The notes beneath the pieces are model-generated. The model was given only the letters and a program-made list of their open reading frames with translations. It was not told where the DNA came from and ran no database searches. A stretch of 63,926 nt of DNA, filler included, from Collodictyon triciliatum (lineage: Eukaryota): the NCBI GenBank assembly GCA_043381765.1. It is 19 parts of 19 records of this genome, joined end to end, with 100 filler letters (N's around TTAATTAATTAA, not from the genome) between each part and the next. Parts side by side here need not be neighbours in the genome. Positions count along the whole stretch, not along the records: positions 1 to 3,523 come from JBHJMP010007207.1; positions 3,624 to 7,145 come from JBHJMP010007208.1; positions 7,246 to 10,766 come from JBHJMP010007209.1; positions 10,867 to 14,387 come from JBHJMP010007210.1; 15 more parts are not named here. One strand, 5' to 3'. The number at the start of each line of letters is the position of its first letter. The stretch's first letter is position 1. The position numbers and the translations under genes were made by a program. Shown here in pieces: positions 1 to 11,112 of the stretch.

Positions 1-193
1 TAACATAATCATAATATAATCATAATATAATCATAATATAATCATAACATAATCATAACATAATCATAACATAATCATAACATAATCATAACATAATCAT
101 AACATAATCATAACATAATCATAACATAATCATAACATAATCATAACATAATCATAACATAATCATAACATAATCAAACATAATCAAACATAA
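1..193. repeat. 11-bp tandem repeat (TAACATAATCA)n at window start, probably intronic
   Basis: Directly visible tandem units with minor variants. Confidence 0.9.
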
Positions 194-239
194 TTGCTCG
201 AAAACGAAAAAAAAATAAGAATTTCTGTCAATTTAATAC

Positions 240-2278
240 CGCTTCTTCGCTTTCAGCTTGGAACAGCTTCCTTTCTTCCTCGTTTTGGGCATGTTGGACA
301 GTATAGTGCTCATCACGAAGGTAAAAGAAGACGCGGCTGCATGCTGGCTTGTCAATCAGACAGGCATGCTGAATCTGAGTATTGGTTTATATTGTGACAA
401 TGAAATTGAACTGAATAATTAATTAAAAATACCAACTCAATAAAAACTGATGGTCAATTTACCTCATATTCAGTTACACTCAACCCAGGCATTTTGTTGA
501 TGAAAGGGAATCGGCTATTGGTCTCACTGCGCCATTCCACCCAAATATCCTTCATACTGGCATCAGGGTTTATTTTTAGCAGTTCCTCAAGGCGAGCTTG
601 TTTGTTCAGCTCGGTTTTGTTTTGGTCCGGAATCCAGCCGTAGCGCGCACCGAGAGAGCATACAAAGTATGGGCATTTACCGATGGAGTCCAGACAGCGA
701 ATCACAACCTAATGAAAAAAAAAAAGTAATTAGATGATATTAGTTTGATAAAAAGCAATACATTTTTTCCCCTCTATTCGATTCAAAGAAAAAAAAAGAT
801 ATTTTAAAATTTACACAAAATATGATGATCTTATAACCAAGTGATTACCCATCCGTCACTACTGTCTTCAGAAGTCAGTCCCCAGCGCAAATCGATAAAG
901 ACAAGGTCTAATCCCTTCGATTTCGCAAGTCTTTTCAACCTGTCATGAAGGTCATAGCGTGAGCAAAATAAATTGTGACAAAAAATGGTGAATTTTCATT
1001 AATTCTTAAATAAAAATATATTGAACTTACTCAGGAGCTCCGTTCTTGAAGAACTCATCTCTTTCTCGCTGCATGTCACGGAAAGTCGAGGAAAGGAAGA
1101 CACGGATGACACGCTCGTCAAAGACAATGAGCGGCAAAGGTGTCGAGGTCACGTATCTTTGTGGAGCTGGATTCCATTTCTTGTATTGCCTCTCCTTCAG
1201 GTCTTCACGAGCAAGCTTCATCTGGTTTAAACATGCGTTCATATTTTTAAAAAACTGAATGAATAAGATCATTTTTCAATTCATTTTTAATTTAATTGGT
1301 TACCTTGTCAAGAAGAATGCAAGTGCGGATGAGCACGACAGAGCCTTTTTCTTCCAGACCAAGGCCTGCATCAATCAATTCATCCTTAAATCAGTAAATT
1401 ACTAATAAGCATTCTTAGCACTATTAATAAAAAAAATAAAATAAGGATGATTTATTTTCTGACCTTGAAACGGAAACGGAGCCTTTGCTCTCTCGTAGAG
1501 CTTCTTGGCAATATCGTACCTCTCACGGCATTTTTTCTATGAATATATGTTTTTTTTTAATTAACTGCCTTAAATTTTAACAAATGCCATCAAGGTTAAA
1601 AAAAATCATAATATAATAAATTTCAAAAGAAAGGGCTAATACTCCAAAGCTTCCCAAATGGCTAACGCTTTGTCCAATAAGATACTGGAGCATTACGTGG
1701 ACCAAATCTGAGAGAGAAAAAAGTATCACTCACTCATTGGAAATAAATGGATGATATTTGAACGATGCTATATGTAGATTACTAAATAAGAAAAAGTGAG
1801 GCAAACCGATGTAGTGGGCCTGAGAAGCAACAGCCTCATAGCGCACATTTGATTTCAGAAACCAGCCAAGAATCAGTTTTTGGTTATCTTCAACAAGAAC
1901 CTTCTCTTCAATAGCTTTGTCACTGATAAAAAAAATTATAAGTTCGATAGATTATTAAAAAAAAAAGAGTTAATTTTAATCCTACGCAAACAAGCGGGAG
2001 TGGTAACCCCCCAGGAACTTGCCAGTGATAATCTCAATCAGCGTGACCAAAAAGAACCCGTCCACAAAGTCATCACGGATGTTCTTTGCCTTGAGGCCGA
2101 TTTTTTCCAGGTGATGATTCGCCCATTCGAGGACAGCCTGCGTTCAGTAATTGGCGTAAGTAATTCAAGCTTTCCATCGTACTGATTGGTTATTAATGAC
2201 AATATATGTATGAGAGCACACTTCCTCAATAGTGATCAAGCTGACGTTGACCTCGGTGCTTGTTTCGGTTGCAGACAT
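240..2278 (-). CDS. Multi-exon DUF4062-domain protein (NPHP3/TEP1/TTC41-like), 3' truncated
   Basis: Exons encode IRVFLSSTFRDMQRERDEF, LVFIDLRWGLT, VIRCLDSIGKCPYFVCSLGARYGWIP and SVTEYE, which is the DUF4062 signature. GT-AG introns; probable ATG at 2278. Confidence 0.8.
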
Positions 2279-3523
2279 TTTCAATATTCTGGTATTCTTA
2301 CAAAATTGAATGAAAAAATGATAAAGTCTCATTAAAAATAAATTACGCAGGGCGGCAAGCTAAGTACAAAGCCCCTTCATGAGCAAATTGAAAGAAGAAT
2401 GAGCTAAAATACAAAAGTGGCATTAAATGGATAAAATGATGTCTTGTATATGCACTTAGCATATGCTATAATCATGATTAAGGTTTCATTCCCAATTTCC
2501 CCTATTTTCAATTATTTTTTTGTGCAAAAGAACCCATAATCTATTTCGATAGATATTTATATGAAACAAACAGTAATGTTTAATGGGCGACTAATAAAAA
2601 AAAAGAGTATTCAATAATAATTCTCTTAACAATTTCACAACTTCAGAATTTTAGTTTTGCGTAACATAAATAAACTTTCTGAGTGAGCCAGAATATAAAC
2701 AATACTTTTATCGAATGTACTCTTAGATTTTTCGGATTTACTTGACATCCATTTAAATGTTCTTAACTAATAAATTGCCATTTTTAAAGTTATAAAATAG
2801 AGAATTTGAGGTGTGTAATTCAAAAATATTGGAATTATTCTGATGTTGTGAACTGATAAGTGCTTTCCTTCAATAAATGACCTAGGGAAGACTAAATTAT
2901 TTTTAAAAAATCATAATCAGAATGTTCCAACGCTAAATAAATGACCCAACACATAAAAATCATGGTAAATCGAGGATGGATATTAAATATTAATCTAAAT
3001 TGAAAATTGATAATATTAAACCAAAATATCAAGAAAACCTTGCAATAAAAGTACGATTATTGACGCAAAACCACTTTCATTATATAATTGAGAAATAAAA
3101 TACGTTTCATTTATGCGGATACTTAACTTGCCTCAATTATGATTTAAAGAGTGAAACTAGAGTGTATTTTAGATATCATATTATAAGAAAAATACACTTG
3201 GTTCAGCTTCAATCGAACGATTAGAAAATTAAGGCTTTGAAGTTGGATGGTAGCAGATGCGCCCTTAAAAATACCAAGTGATATCTTAGTTGGTGAATAA
3301 TCTGACAAATAACTAATAATTCGTTTTTTAAAAAATAACCAGGAAAACAAATCCCTAAAAAGAGAATATAGTACTATGCATAAGACTAAAGGATGCAAAG
3401 TGCAAAATAAGCAAACAATTAAAGAAACAAACAAACAAACAAACAAACAAACAAACAAACAAACAAACAAACAAACAAACAATTAAACAAACAATTAAAG
3501 AAAGAAAGAAAGAAAGAAAGAAA

Positions 3524-3623
3524 NNNNNNNNNNNNNNNNNNNNNNNNNNNNNNNNNNNNNNNNNNNNTTAATTAATTAANNNNNNNNNNNNNNNNNNNNN
3601 NNNNNNNNNNNNNNNNNNNNNNN
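3524..3623. other. Artificial contig spacer N44-TTAATTAATTAA-N44 (first of 18)
   Basis: The same 100-bp unit recurs at ~7146, 10767, 14388, 18009, 21631, 25252, 28870, 32488, 36106, 39724, 43341, 46956, 50572, 54187, 57802, 61416 and 62758. TTAATTAATTAA gives stops in all six frames. Confidence 0.97.
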
Positions 3624-3708
<85 letters not shown>

Positions 3709-4771
3709 TTGGGAACAAAAAAAAGATTGAGCACTAGCCATCGACTCACGGGTAGCAAGATGAGTATGACTATAATGCTCAGTGTTAGTAGCTCTGATTC
3801 ATTCATCTGTATCTTTTTTCTTTTTCTTTTCTTCTTCGGTATCATTCAGTCTGTAAATGGATAAACTTCATTACAAAAGTTGTGACGAACTTGGTTTTAT
3901 CCCTTTCAAGACACACCACATTTTTTACATCAAAAGTGTACTCATATATAACATTTTATTGCACAGACAACCATTAAATTAAGTCTGGATTGACGAAAGC
4001 AGGAGTTTTGATGAATTCAAGAAAGAACCGAATAATATAATAGTATGATTAGTATATATCATAAGATTAAAAATACTTTATAATCTCATTTTATTCCTAT
4101 AATTAATTTATATTTTATTTTCCATTATGCAATGCTATCGTTAAAATTCAAATACAAAAAAATTACAAATAATTTGTTGTCTTGGCCCAGACAGAACCCA
4201 CGCTGTAAACCTGCGACCAAACATGCATTTCAAAAAAGTACACAATCCACACTTGCGGCGGTAATCATGTTGTTTGGGGCCGATATCTTGACTTTCGGTC
4301 GCGATGGCTATACGGCCGTCCTTTCGAACTCGCCGAATCGGCTCTCAGCGTTTTGTCTCAAATCACTTATAAAAAACTTGTGTGTTTGTTTGCCACAATG
4401 CGCACGTTTTGAAAGTCTCGGTAGATGCTTAATTATATAAATTGATTTTGTGCAGTTTTTTTTATTTTATTAAATCGACTGATTGACTCAAGTTTTATTA
4501 AGATTGAAAGCTCGGTAGTTCTCTAAAGGAAAAAGTAAAACAAAGACTTTCAGAAAAAGAAAAGAAACCGCCTTGAGTCTGAGAATCTAAAGTCTGTAAA
4601 ACCAAACAATCGAAATGTAAAAACATCTCTAAAGTCGATTGTAAAGAATGCGGATGATTATGACACAATCAACGATACGGTTTTACTGTGTCATAATTTG
4701 GTTACAGACGCTTATCTCTTTGCAAGATGTTACATACTGATATCGCAACAACTCTCAACAATCGATGAAAT

Positions 4772-4772
<1 letters not shown>

Positions 4773-4832
<60 letters not shown>
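4773..4832 (+). repeat. 60-nt poly-T run inside the Fanzor coding region
   Basis: Lies between ..TIDEM and LYALKTVG and shifts the frame. Confidence 0.85.
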
Positions 4833-4833
<1 letters not shown>

Positions 4834-5580
4834 TACGCTCTTAAGACAGTCGGAATAGTTTCATAAGATATCCGCAAGATTAAAAAAAAATATCCAGAAA
4901 TGAGAGACGACATGATGACTTCTTTTCTCAATGATTTTCGATATAATTTGTCCCGATAAGAACGCTTTCCGTTGTTTGAACTGTCTCATTATTACCGTAG
5001 TTGGTGAAGCAAATGTTGACAGCTTATCATAATAACATTAAGGAACATTCTGTAAAGAGGTTATTGTGCTTTATAAATCAAACAGTTCCTAAAGATGAGA
5101 ATATTACGGAAGCTACTAAAAAGGCAGAGTTACGAAAGTTAAAAAAAAAAGTCATCTTCAAGAAACTCAAAATACCGGAACAATATAAATAATGGGCTAG
5201 AATCCATTTGCATCATATTACTACCGGCGATATTGTAAGTGGTATCAAATATGACGTCAAAGTTAATCCAAATAAGTACATTCCGTGTCAGCTTTACATG
5301 AATCACATTTATGAGGACATTGGAGCCAAACTGTTTCAACCAATCTCTGTAAGAACTACCAGTATACCATGCCATATTACTCAAGAAACTGCATGTTTGA
5401 TAAGTCTAAGCATCAACTGGAAAAACATCATTAATGGAGAATATATCAGGATGCAAAGAGACATATGGGATTATTTCTTTGAAATGAAGAATATGGTCTT
5501 TCATCAAAGAGACTACAATTTTAAACACATAATACAAACAGACGGCGATTGGCGGTGTCATTATTATTTGAAAGAAAGGT

Positions 5581-5713
5581 GACTTCTTTCCGGTGCTACC
5601 CTCTCCACGGTAGTGTCTTCTCCTACTCGCGTTTGCTCTCTCCCATGCGCTACATCCCGCCCCTTTGTATGGCATAACCTCGCTACACTTTGAATCGAAT
5701 AAAGGAAAAAAAA
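5581..5713 (+). mobile_element. 5'-truncated LINE 3' end inserted into Fanzor, with A-rich tail and 18-bp TSD
   Basis: ATTATTTGAAAGAAAGGT occurs at 5563-5580 and 5714-5731. The insert closely matches the reverse complement of 10108-10243 and 46409-46545. Confidence 0.9.
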
Positions 5714-6639
5714 ATTATTTGAAAGAAAGGTATTTCAAATTCAAAATCCAAATATAACCAAAAACCCCAAGAATATGTTTATATAGATGAACTTTCCGAA
5801 GAGCAGTTATCTTTATTAGCGAAATAAAATAATAGTTGGAGTGAACGCAGGCAAGTTTAATTTGGTTTACATGGTGGATAAGACAGGTAAGAAATCACGT
5901 TACACGGCTCACCAAAGAAGACGTGATAGCAAATCTCTTAAAAATCGAAATAAACTCTTGCGAGAGAAAAGAAAAATACAATGCTTCAGGGATATGGATG
6001 GCAACAGATTAACAAAGTGCTGTTTCTTTTGGTCCCCTGACTTTTGAAGAGAATCAGCAGTTTGAGACATCAAGAGTATCTTTAATCGATTTAGACACAT
6101 AACTGAGTAGACATAATACATGCACGGTCGATTATGAAAAATTTCGAAAACATGTATCTATGAAATCAAGATACCAGACAGAATTATTCAGATTTTATGA
6201 ACAAGTAACTTTTCGAAAAATGAGATGGGGACAGGATGTTAATACAAAAAGAAGTGGAGAATTGCTTATGGGCCGAATCGAAAAGACATTCGGCAAGGAT
6301 GTTGCACTGGCGTATGGAGACTGGAGCAGAAAATGTCAGGTGAAACATTATATGGTAATAATCGTAAGAGGATTACGAAAAATACTGTCCAAACATTTTG
6401 AAACAGATACTGTAGATGAATTAAAAACGTCCAAGATGTGTTGTAACTGCGAAAAAGAACTGGAATATATGAAACTGAAAGGAAATACAAAAAAAGGTTG
6501 TATAGATGCCTCATATGTAAGGAATGTAATCGCTCAGAAAGCAAACAAAGTGTATTCTTGACAAGGGACTTTAACAGCGCTAATGATAGACTCAAGAAAG
6601 TTCTTTTATTCCTTCAAAATATGCATACACCTTCCTCTA

Positions 6640-6753
6640 AAAAACAGGCTGTCGGGTCTTTCCTGGCAGCCTTCACCACTGCACAATCTTTGTGAAAAAA
6701 GTGGTGCGACCTTGGATACTAGCAGAACAGGTTAACCCATCGAAGGGATGGTG
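6640..6753 (+). ncRNA. Candidate Fanzor omegaRNA scaffold (copy 1)
   Basis: 10-bp stem GGCTGTCGGG/CCTGGCAGCC (6647-6671) and stem CACCACT/AGTGGTG (6674-6706), both conserved in copy 2. Overlaps the ORF 3' end, as is typical for TnpB/Fanzor. Confidence 0.6.
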
Positions 6754-9700
6754 GATGAAGATAGTAAATAAAATAATAACAAACAATATATACATCAAAG
6801 CCAACATCCCCACCGTCCTGCACAAAAATTGAAAGGAAGAATAAAAACAAACAAACAAACAAACAAACAAACAAACAAACAAACAAACAAACAAACAAAC
6901 AAACAAACAAACAAACAAACAAACAAACAATATATACACAAAAAAGATAATGTTAGGAGTTTATTTGGTCGTCCCTATTTCGTGGAGCCTTATGCGATGG
7001 TGGGGCTGGCTTGATAATCATTTATTTATTCATTTATTGTTCTAATTTCCGGGTGTGAATCGGAAACTTCAGAACGCCTAGAGCCCTTCAGGGATTTCGC
7101 TTCAATAGGCAATAAAGAACACATAGCCATTCTTCAGTAGCCTTGNNNNNNNNNNNNNNNNNNNNNNNNNNNNNNNNNNNNNNNNNNNNTTAATTAATTA
7201 ANNNNNNNNNNNNNNNNNNNNNNNNNNNNNNNNNNNNNNNNNNNNAATGATAATGATAATGATAATGATAATGATAATGATAATGATAATGATAATGATA
7301 ATGATAATGATAATGATAATGATAATGATAATGATAATGATAATGATAATGATAATGATAATGATAATACTCTTCGAATGAAGAATTAATCAACATTTTG
7401 AATGAAAAATAGAAATAAATATGACTTCATACTACTGCACCTTGGATTGTTTGTCCAAATTGTTTTAATGTGGGGTGCGTTTCCATTAACCAGTCCGCTC
7501 TTTATGGAGAGCCCCTGTGAAGGTTGCTACTTGCTTGAGCAGTGCTGGTTCTTCCATAGCTCCATGTGGTTGGGTTTAAAAGGGTTGGCATTGTCTTTCT
7601 ATACTTGACTGCTCAGTCTGTGAGTATTTGTGGTGGAGTTAACTATAATTTTTTCTTTTGGCTTTTTCCTTGTGTTCTAGCACGGATTATGAAAGAGAGA
7701 GGGAAACGTACCATGCACGTTGATTTTCTTTTTTATACTTCGATTAGTTTTGATGCCAAAACTCGACAAGCACATCACTAAACAGAATATTTATTAACCT
7801 TTGAAGTAAACTGCGGAAAATAGGAGTTTTGTTTTTCATGTACCTTCAATTTTGGCCTTGATGAACCCAAGAGGAATACTGCAGATAATGGATAGCATAA
7901 AGCTGGCCTCTCTTGATGTGGGCGAAAGAAGAAAATGAATGATTAAGTACTATTTAGCTCTATTTTTTCCAATTCTTTTTTTTGGAAAAGTCTGCTTCGT
8001 ATTCTTGAGGTTGGTCGAATAGCTGTTTGATAGTCTTCTCATTGTGGCACTCAATATCTTTCAGGGCTTGGGCTTATTCTTTCCTTGCCTGTTTGTGGGC
8101 GTGGTAGTTTTGGGCAGTTTGTGCTTACCTCGAAGGCGGACGTGGCAGCTGTGTCCATACAAGTTCTGCTTCTGGGCGCTCTTTGATCGGCGAATAGCTG
8201 CAGCTGGGAAGCTTTGGTCGAGCGGAAGACTCTATTCTTATGCTCGGTTTTGTTTACTTCAAGCCAGCGGTTATGATCTCCACGGCGTTCTTCCGTATAA
8301 ACAATTGAAAAATGGAAAAGAAAACAAAAGAGAAAGGATAAAATAAAGTCATGATACGTTAGATTTGTGACGTATATGCGGGTCATCGAATGAAAACAAA
8401 AATAGGAAATATTAATTGATTGAGACAACCTTCATGTCTATTCTATCAAAGACATTCTTATTCGGTTCTTGGTTGTCTTTGTGAGTAAGAGAGGGAAAAC
8501 CCCCTTGGATTGAGCGCGTGAAAGCAACGACCGGTGATCGGCTGGAAATATGCCCCGTGGTGGCCTAGAAAAACTAATAAATGCACAAAAAGTCGATCAG
8601 CAGCAAATGCCGAATGTCATTGAATGAAAAAACCGAAAAGAATGAGGGGATTGTGGGGGGTGGGAAGAATGGTTAAGGTGAAGGACAGCTGTCACGGCAA
8701 AACATCAGGAAGCAAAAAGGGATTGTGATTAGAAAAAAAATGAGTAACAAGATTGTCAGAAAATCAATCTTGGTATTCCAGATTAGGATAATCTGCATGA
8801 CAAAATCATTACTATGTCCATATATAGATTACCATCTTGATATTTTCCTTTATATTTCTTTTTTTGGATTTAGTTGATGGGGTAAGGGTGGTTTTGGGTT
8901 TGTTAAATCTACACCTGCGCCAAGAAAAAAGAAAAAATCAGTGCATGAGCCCCAGTAAATATCTCATCCACGCATTCATATTCATTTGGATAAAACACTT
9001 CATGCGCCTTACCATACACCAGAAAAAAGGCAGCCAAAGCGAGGCAATGATTTATATGGTTGAGTATGAGCTGTTGCCGAGTGTTTATTTCCAGCCGAGT
9101 CGGGCGGAAAGGGTGATGATATCATAGGCGGCAAACTGTGAGGCGAGGGTGTTTCGATCAGGTAGTTGTTCTTGAGTAATATGTATATTATAATGATGGA
9201 ATTTGCATAGAATGAGAGACTTCTTTCATGTTAAACGTAGATATCAGCTCGGCAAGGACACCTATCCGTTTCATGATAAATAGACACAGCTAGCAAATTA
9301 TGGTGATTGCAAAATTAAAATTCATCTTACGCACAAAAAAAAATTGATAAAATAGAAAAGACAGGTTCTGAAGTCTGCAGGAATGGACATCGCTATGATG
9401 TATCAAGCTTTGATTGGTTATGAAAAGCAAAGTGAAATTGAACAGAACTTAATTGTATTTTTGCTTCATTGGCATATTGATTTCTTTGAATAAAAAAAAA
9501 AACAAATTGAAAAAATTTACATGAAAATAGCAATTCATATAAATATATAGAATGTGGTTTTTCTATTACATACCAGCCCCGTGGCGTTCAATTTTAACAC
9601 ACCGAATGTATGAAATGAATTTTTATTATTTATTCTTTGAATTTTATGGACAACATTGAGACTTCTTGTTTCTCATACAATAACATATCCCAACACCCCA

Positions 9701-10107
9701 CAAATCGTTCCTGAGACCATCTCTTCATATCATCGGAAAAACTAGGAGAAGTTCATCCATCCAACCCTCACCCACGTTAAAGGCAGCAAATCGAGCTGTT
9801 CCCTTTCCCTTGGGTGTTTTGTCTCATGCCATTTTACCTTGTCCTTCGTAGAATTCAAAGTAGGAGATAAAGTTAGCGAAAATCAGGCACAAAAGGTCAT
9901 ATATTCATACATGTGTCTTATTTTGATATAAAAATAATTCAAAATATGACTAAATGAAGTCTATTCGAATATTAAATCTCTTAAAAATAGCCATATCATC
10001 TTCGGTCGGTAGCTGATATTTTGGTATTAAATCATCGTTTTCTCCGACATTCGGTTTAGGTTCTTTTTACTCAATAATGGTGATCATTCATCATTAATGA
10101 AACGAAG

Positions 10108-10766
10108 ACTTTTTTCCTTTATTTATTCAAAGTGCAGCGGGGTTATGCCATACAAGGGGTCGAGATATTAGCGCGTGATAGAGAGCAAACGCGAGTAAGA
10201 GAAGACACTGCCGTGGAGAGGGTAGCACTGGAAAGAAATCAGTGATAGCGAGTTGGTCAGGTGGGCGACCCAACTGGTTGATTGGCTGCGTGGGTAGAAG
10301 GGGTTGGATATGATGTGGGAGATATCGCACGACACATTCCCACATCTCTCTTCGCTTGCGGTCAGAGTAGCGAAGAATGCGAGCGTATTTCATCAGTTTG
10401 TTCAGGAAGCTGTATTGCACGAGGCTTTCAAGCCTGGATACATTGATTTCTCGTTCGGATGAATCATTGGAGCGAGAGAATGCACGCACACTCCATAGGG
10501 ACCACAGCATATGTCCCCTTGTGACTGTCCAGAGTATTCTAGAGTCGCGGGTCATTTGGTATTGTGCGCCAAACAGGATGTCGGACGCACTGAGTCGATT
10601 GGGAGCATAATCAAGCTCAGAGAGCATCTCGTGGGTAGACTCTGTCACTTTTTGAGCAAGGGAGCACTTCACAAATGTGTGTTCGATAGAGTCATCTCCA
10701 CTATGGCACATGGTGCATTCTGGAGAGGTCGTTGCTGCATGGACTACACGCACACCTATCCACAGC
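10108..10766 (-). mobile_element. L1/Tx1-like non-LTR retrotransposon 3' end (ORF2 C-terminal zinc knuckle, 3'UTR, A tail)
   Basis: ORF 10127-10753 contains CTMCHSGDDSIEHTFVKC (zf-RVT-like CCHC) and LWSLWSVR. Ends TTTGAATAAATAAAGGAAAAA; repeated elsewhere in the window. Confidence 0.85.
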
Positions 10767-10866
10767 NNNNNNNNNNNNNNNNNNNNNNNNNNNNNNNNNN
10801 NNNNNNNNNNTTAATTAATTAANNNNNNNNNNNNNNNNNNNNNNNNNNNNNNNNNNNNNNNNNNNN

Positions 10867-10968
<102 letters not shown>

Positions 10969-11112
10969 GATTGGACCTCTCGATGTGTTGTTAATTTTTT
11001 CAAAGGTTAATATATATTGATCCGTTTTTTTCGACTCAAAGTGCAAGAGGATTAAGTCATACAAGGAGCGAGAATAGTGCGCCCAAAAATAGATAGATGA
11101 ATAAGGGAATAC

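Larger units (their letters stand above)
4539..6695 (+). pseudogene. Fanzor1 (eukaryotic TnpB-like RNA-guided RuvC nuclease), frameshifted and interrupted
   Basis: Joined frames give VKTSLKSIV..INDTVLLCHNLVTDAYLFARCYIL, QMLTAYHNNIKEH, KLFQPISVRTTSIPCHI, IQTDG-AVSLLF, RuvC-I IVGV(N)AGKFNLVYM, AYGDWS, RuvC-II VDELKTSKMCCNC, YRCLICKEC and RuvC-III TRDFNSAN. Confidence 0.9.

Noticed and set aside
1-193. Tandem repeat as a telomere or CRISPR array
   Set aside because: It is an 11-bp AT-rich unit with no spacers and no G-rich strand, and it lies in an apparent intron at a contig break
3568-3579. Regularly spaced TTAATTAATTAA palindrome as a biological motif
   Set aside because: It is always embedded in N runs, so it is an assembly linker
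4130-4180. Terminal inverted repeat between the Fanzor left flank and 33700-33740
   Set aside because: Only a weak AT-rich resemblance, and it is absent from the right flank of copy 1
7400-10080. Spliced gene on contig 3
   Set aside because: Exon-like pieces exist on the minus strand, but I could not build a consistent model or recognise a family
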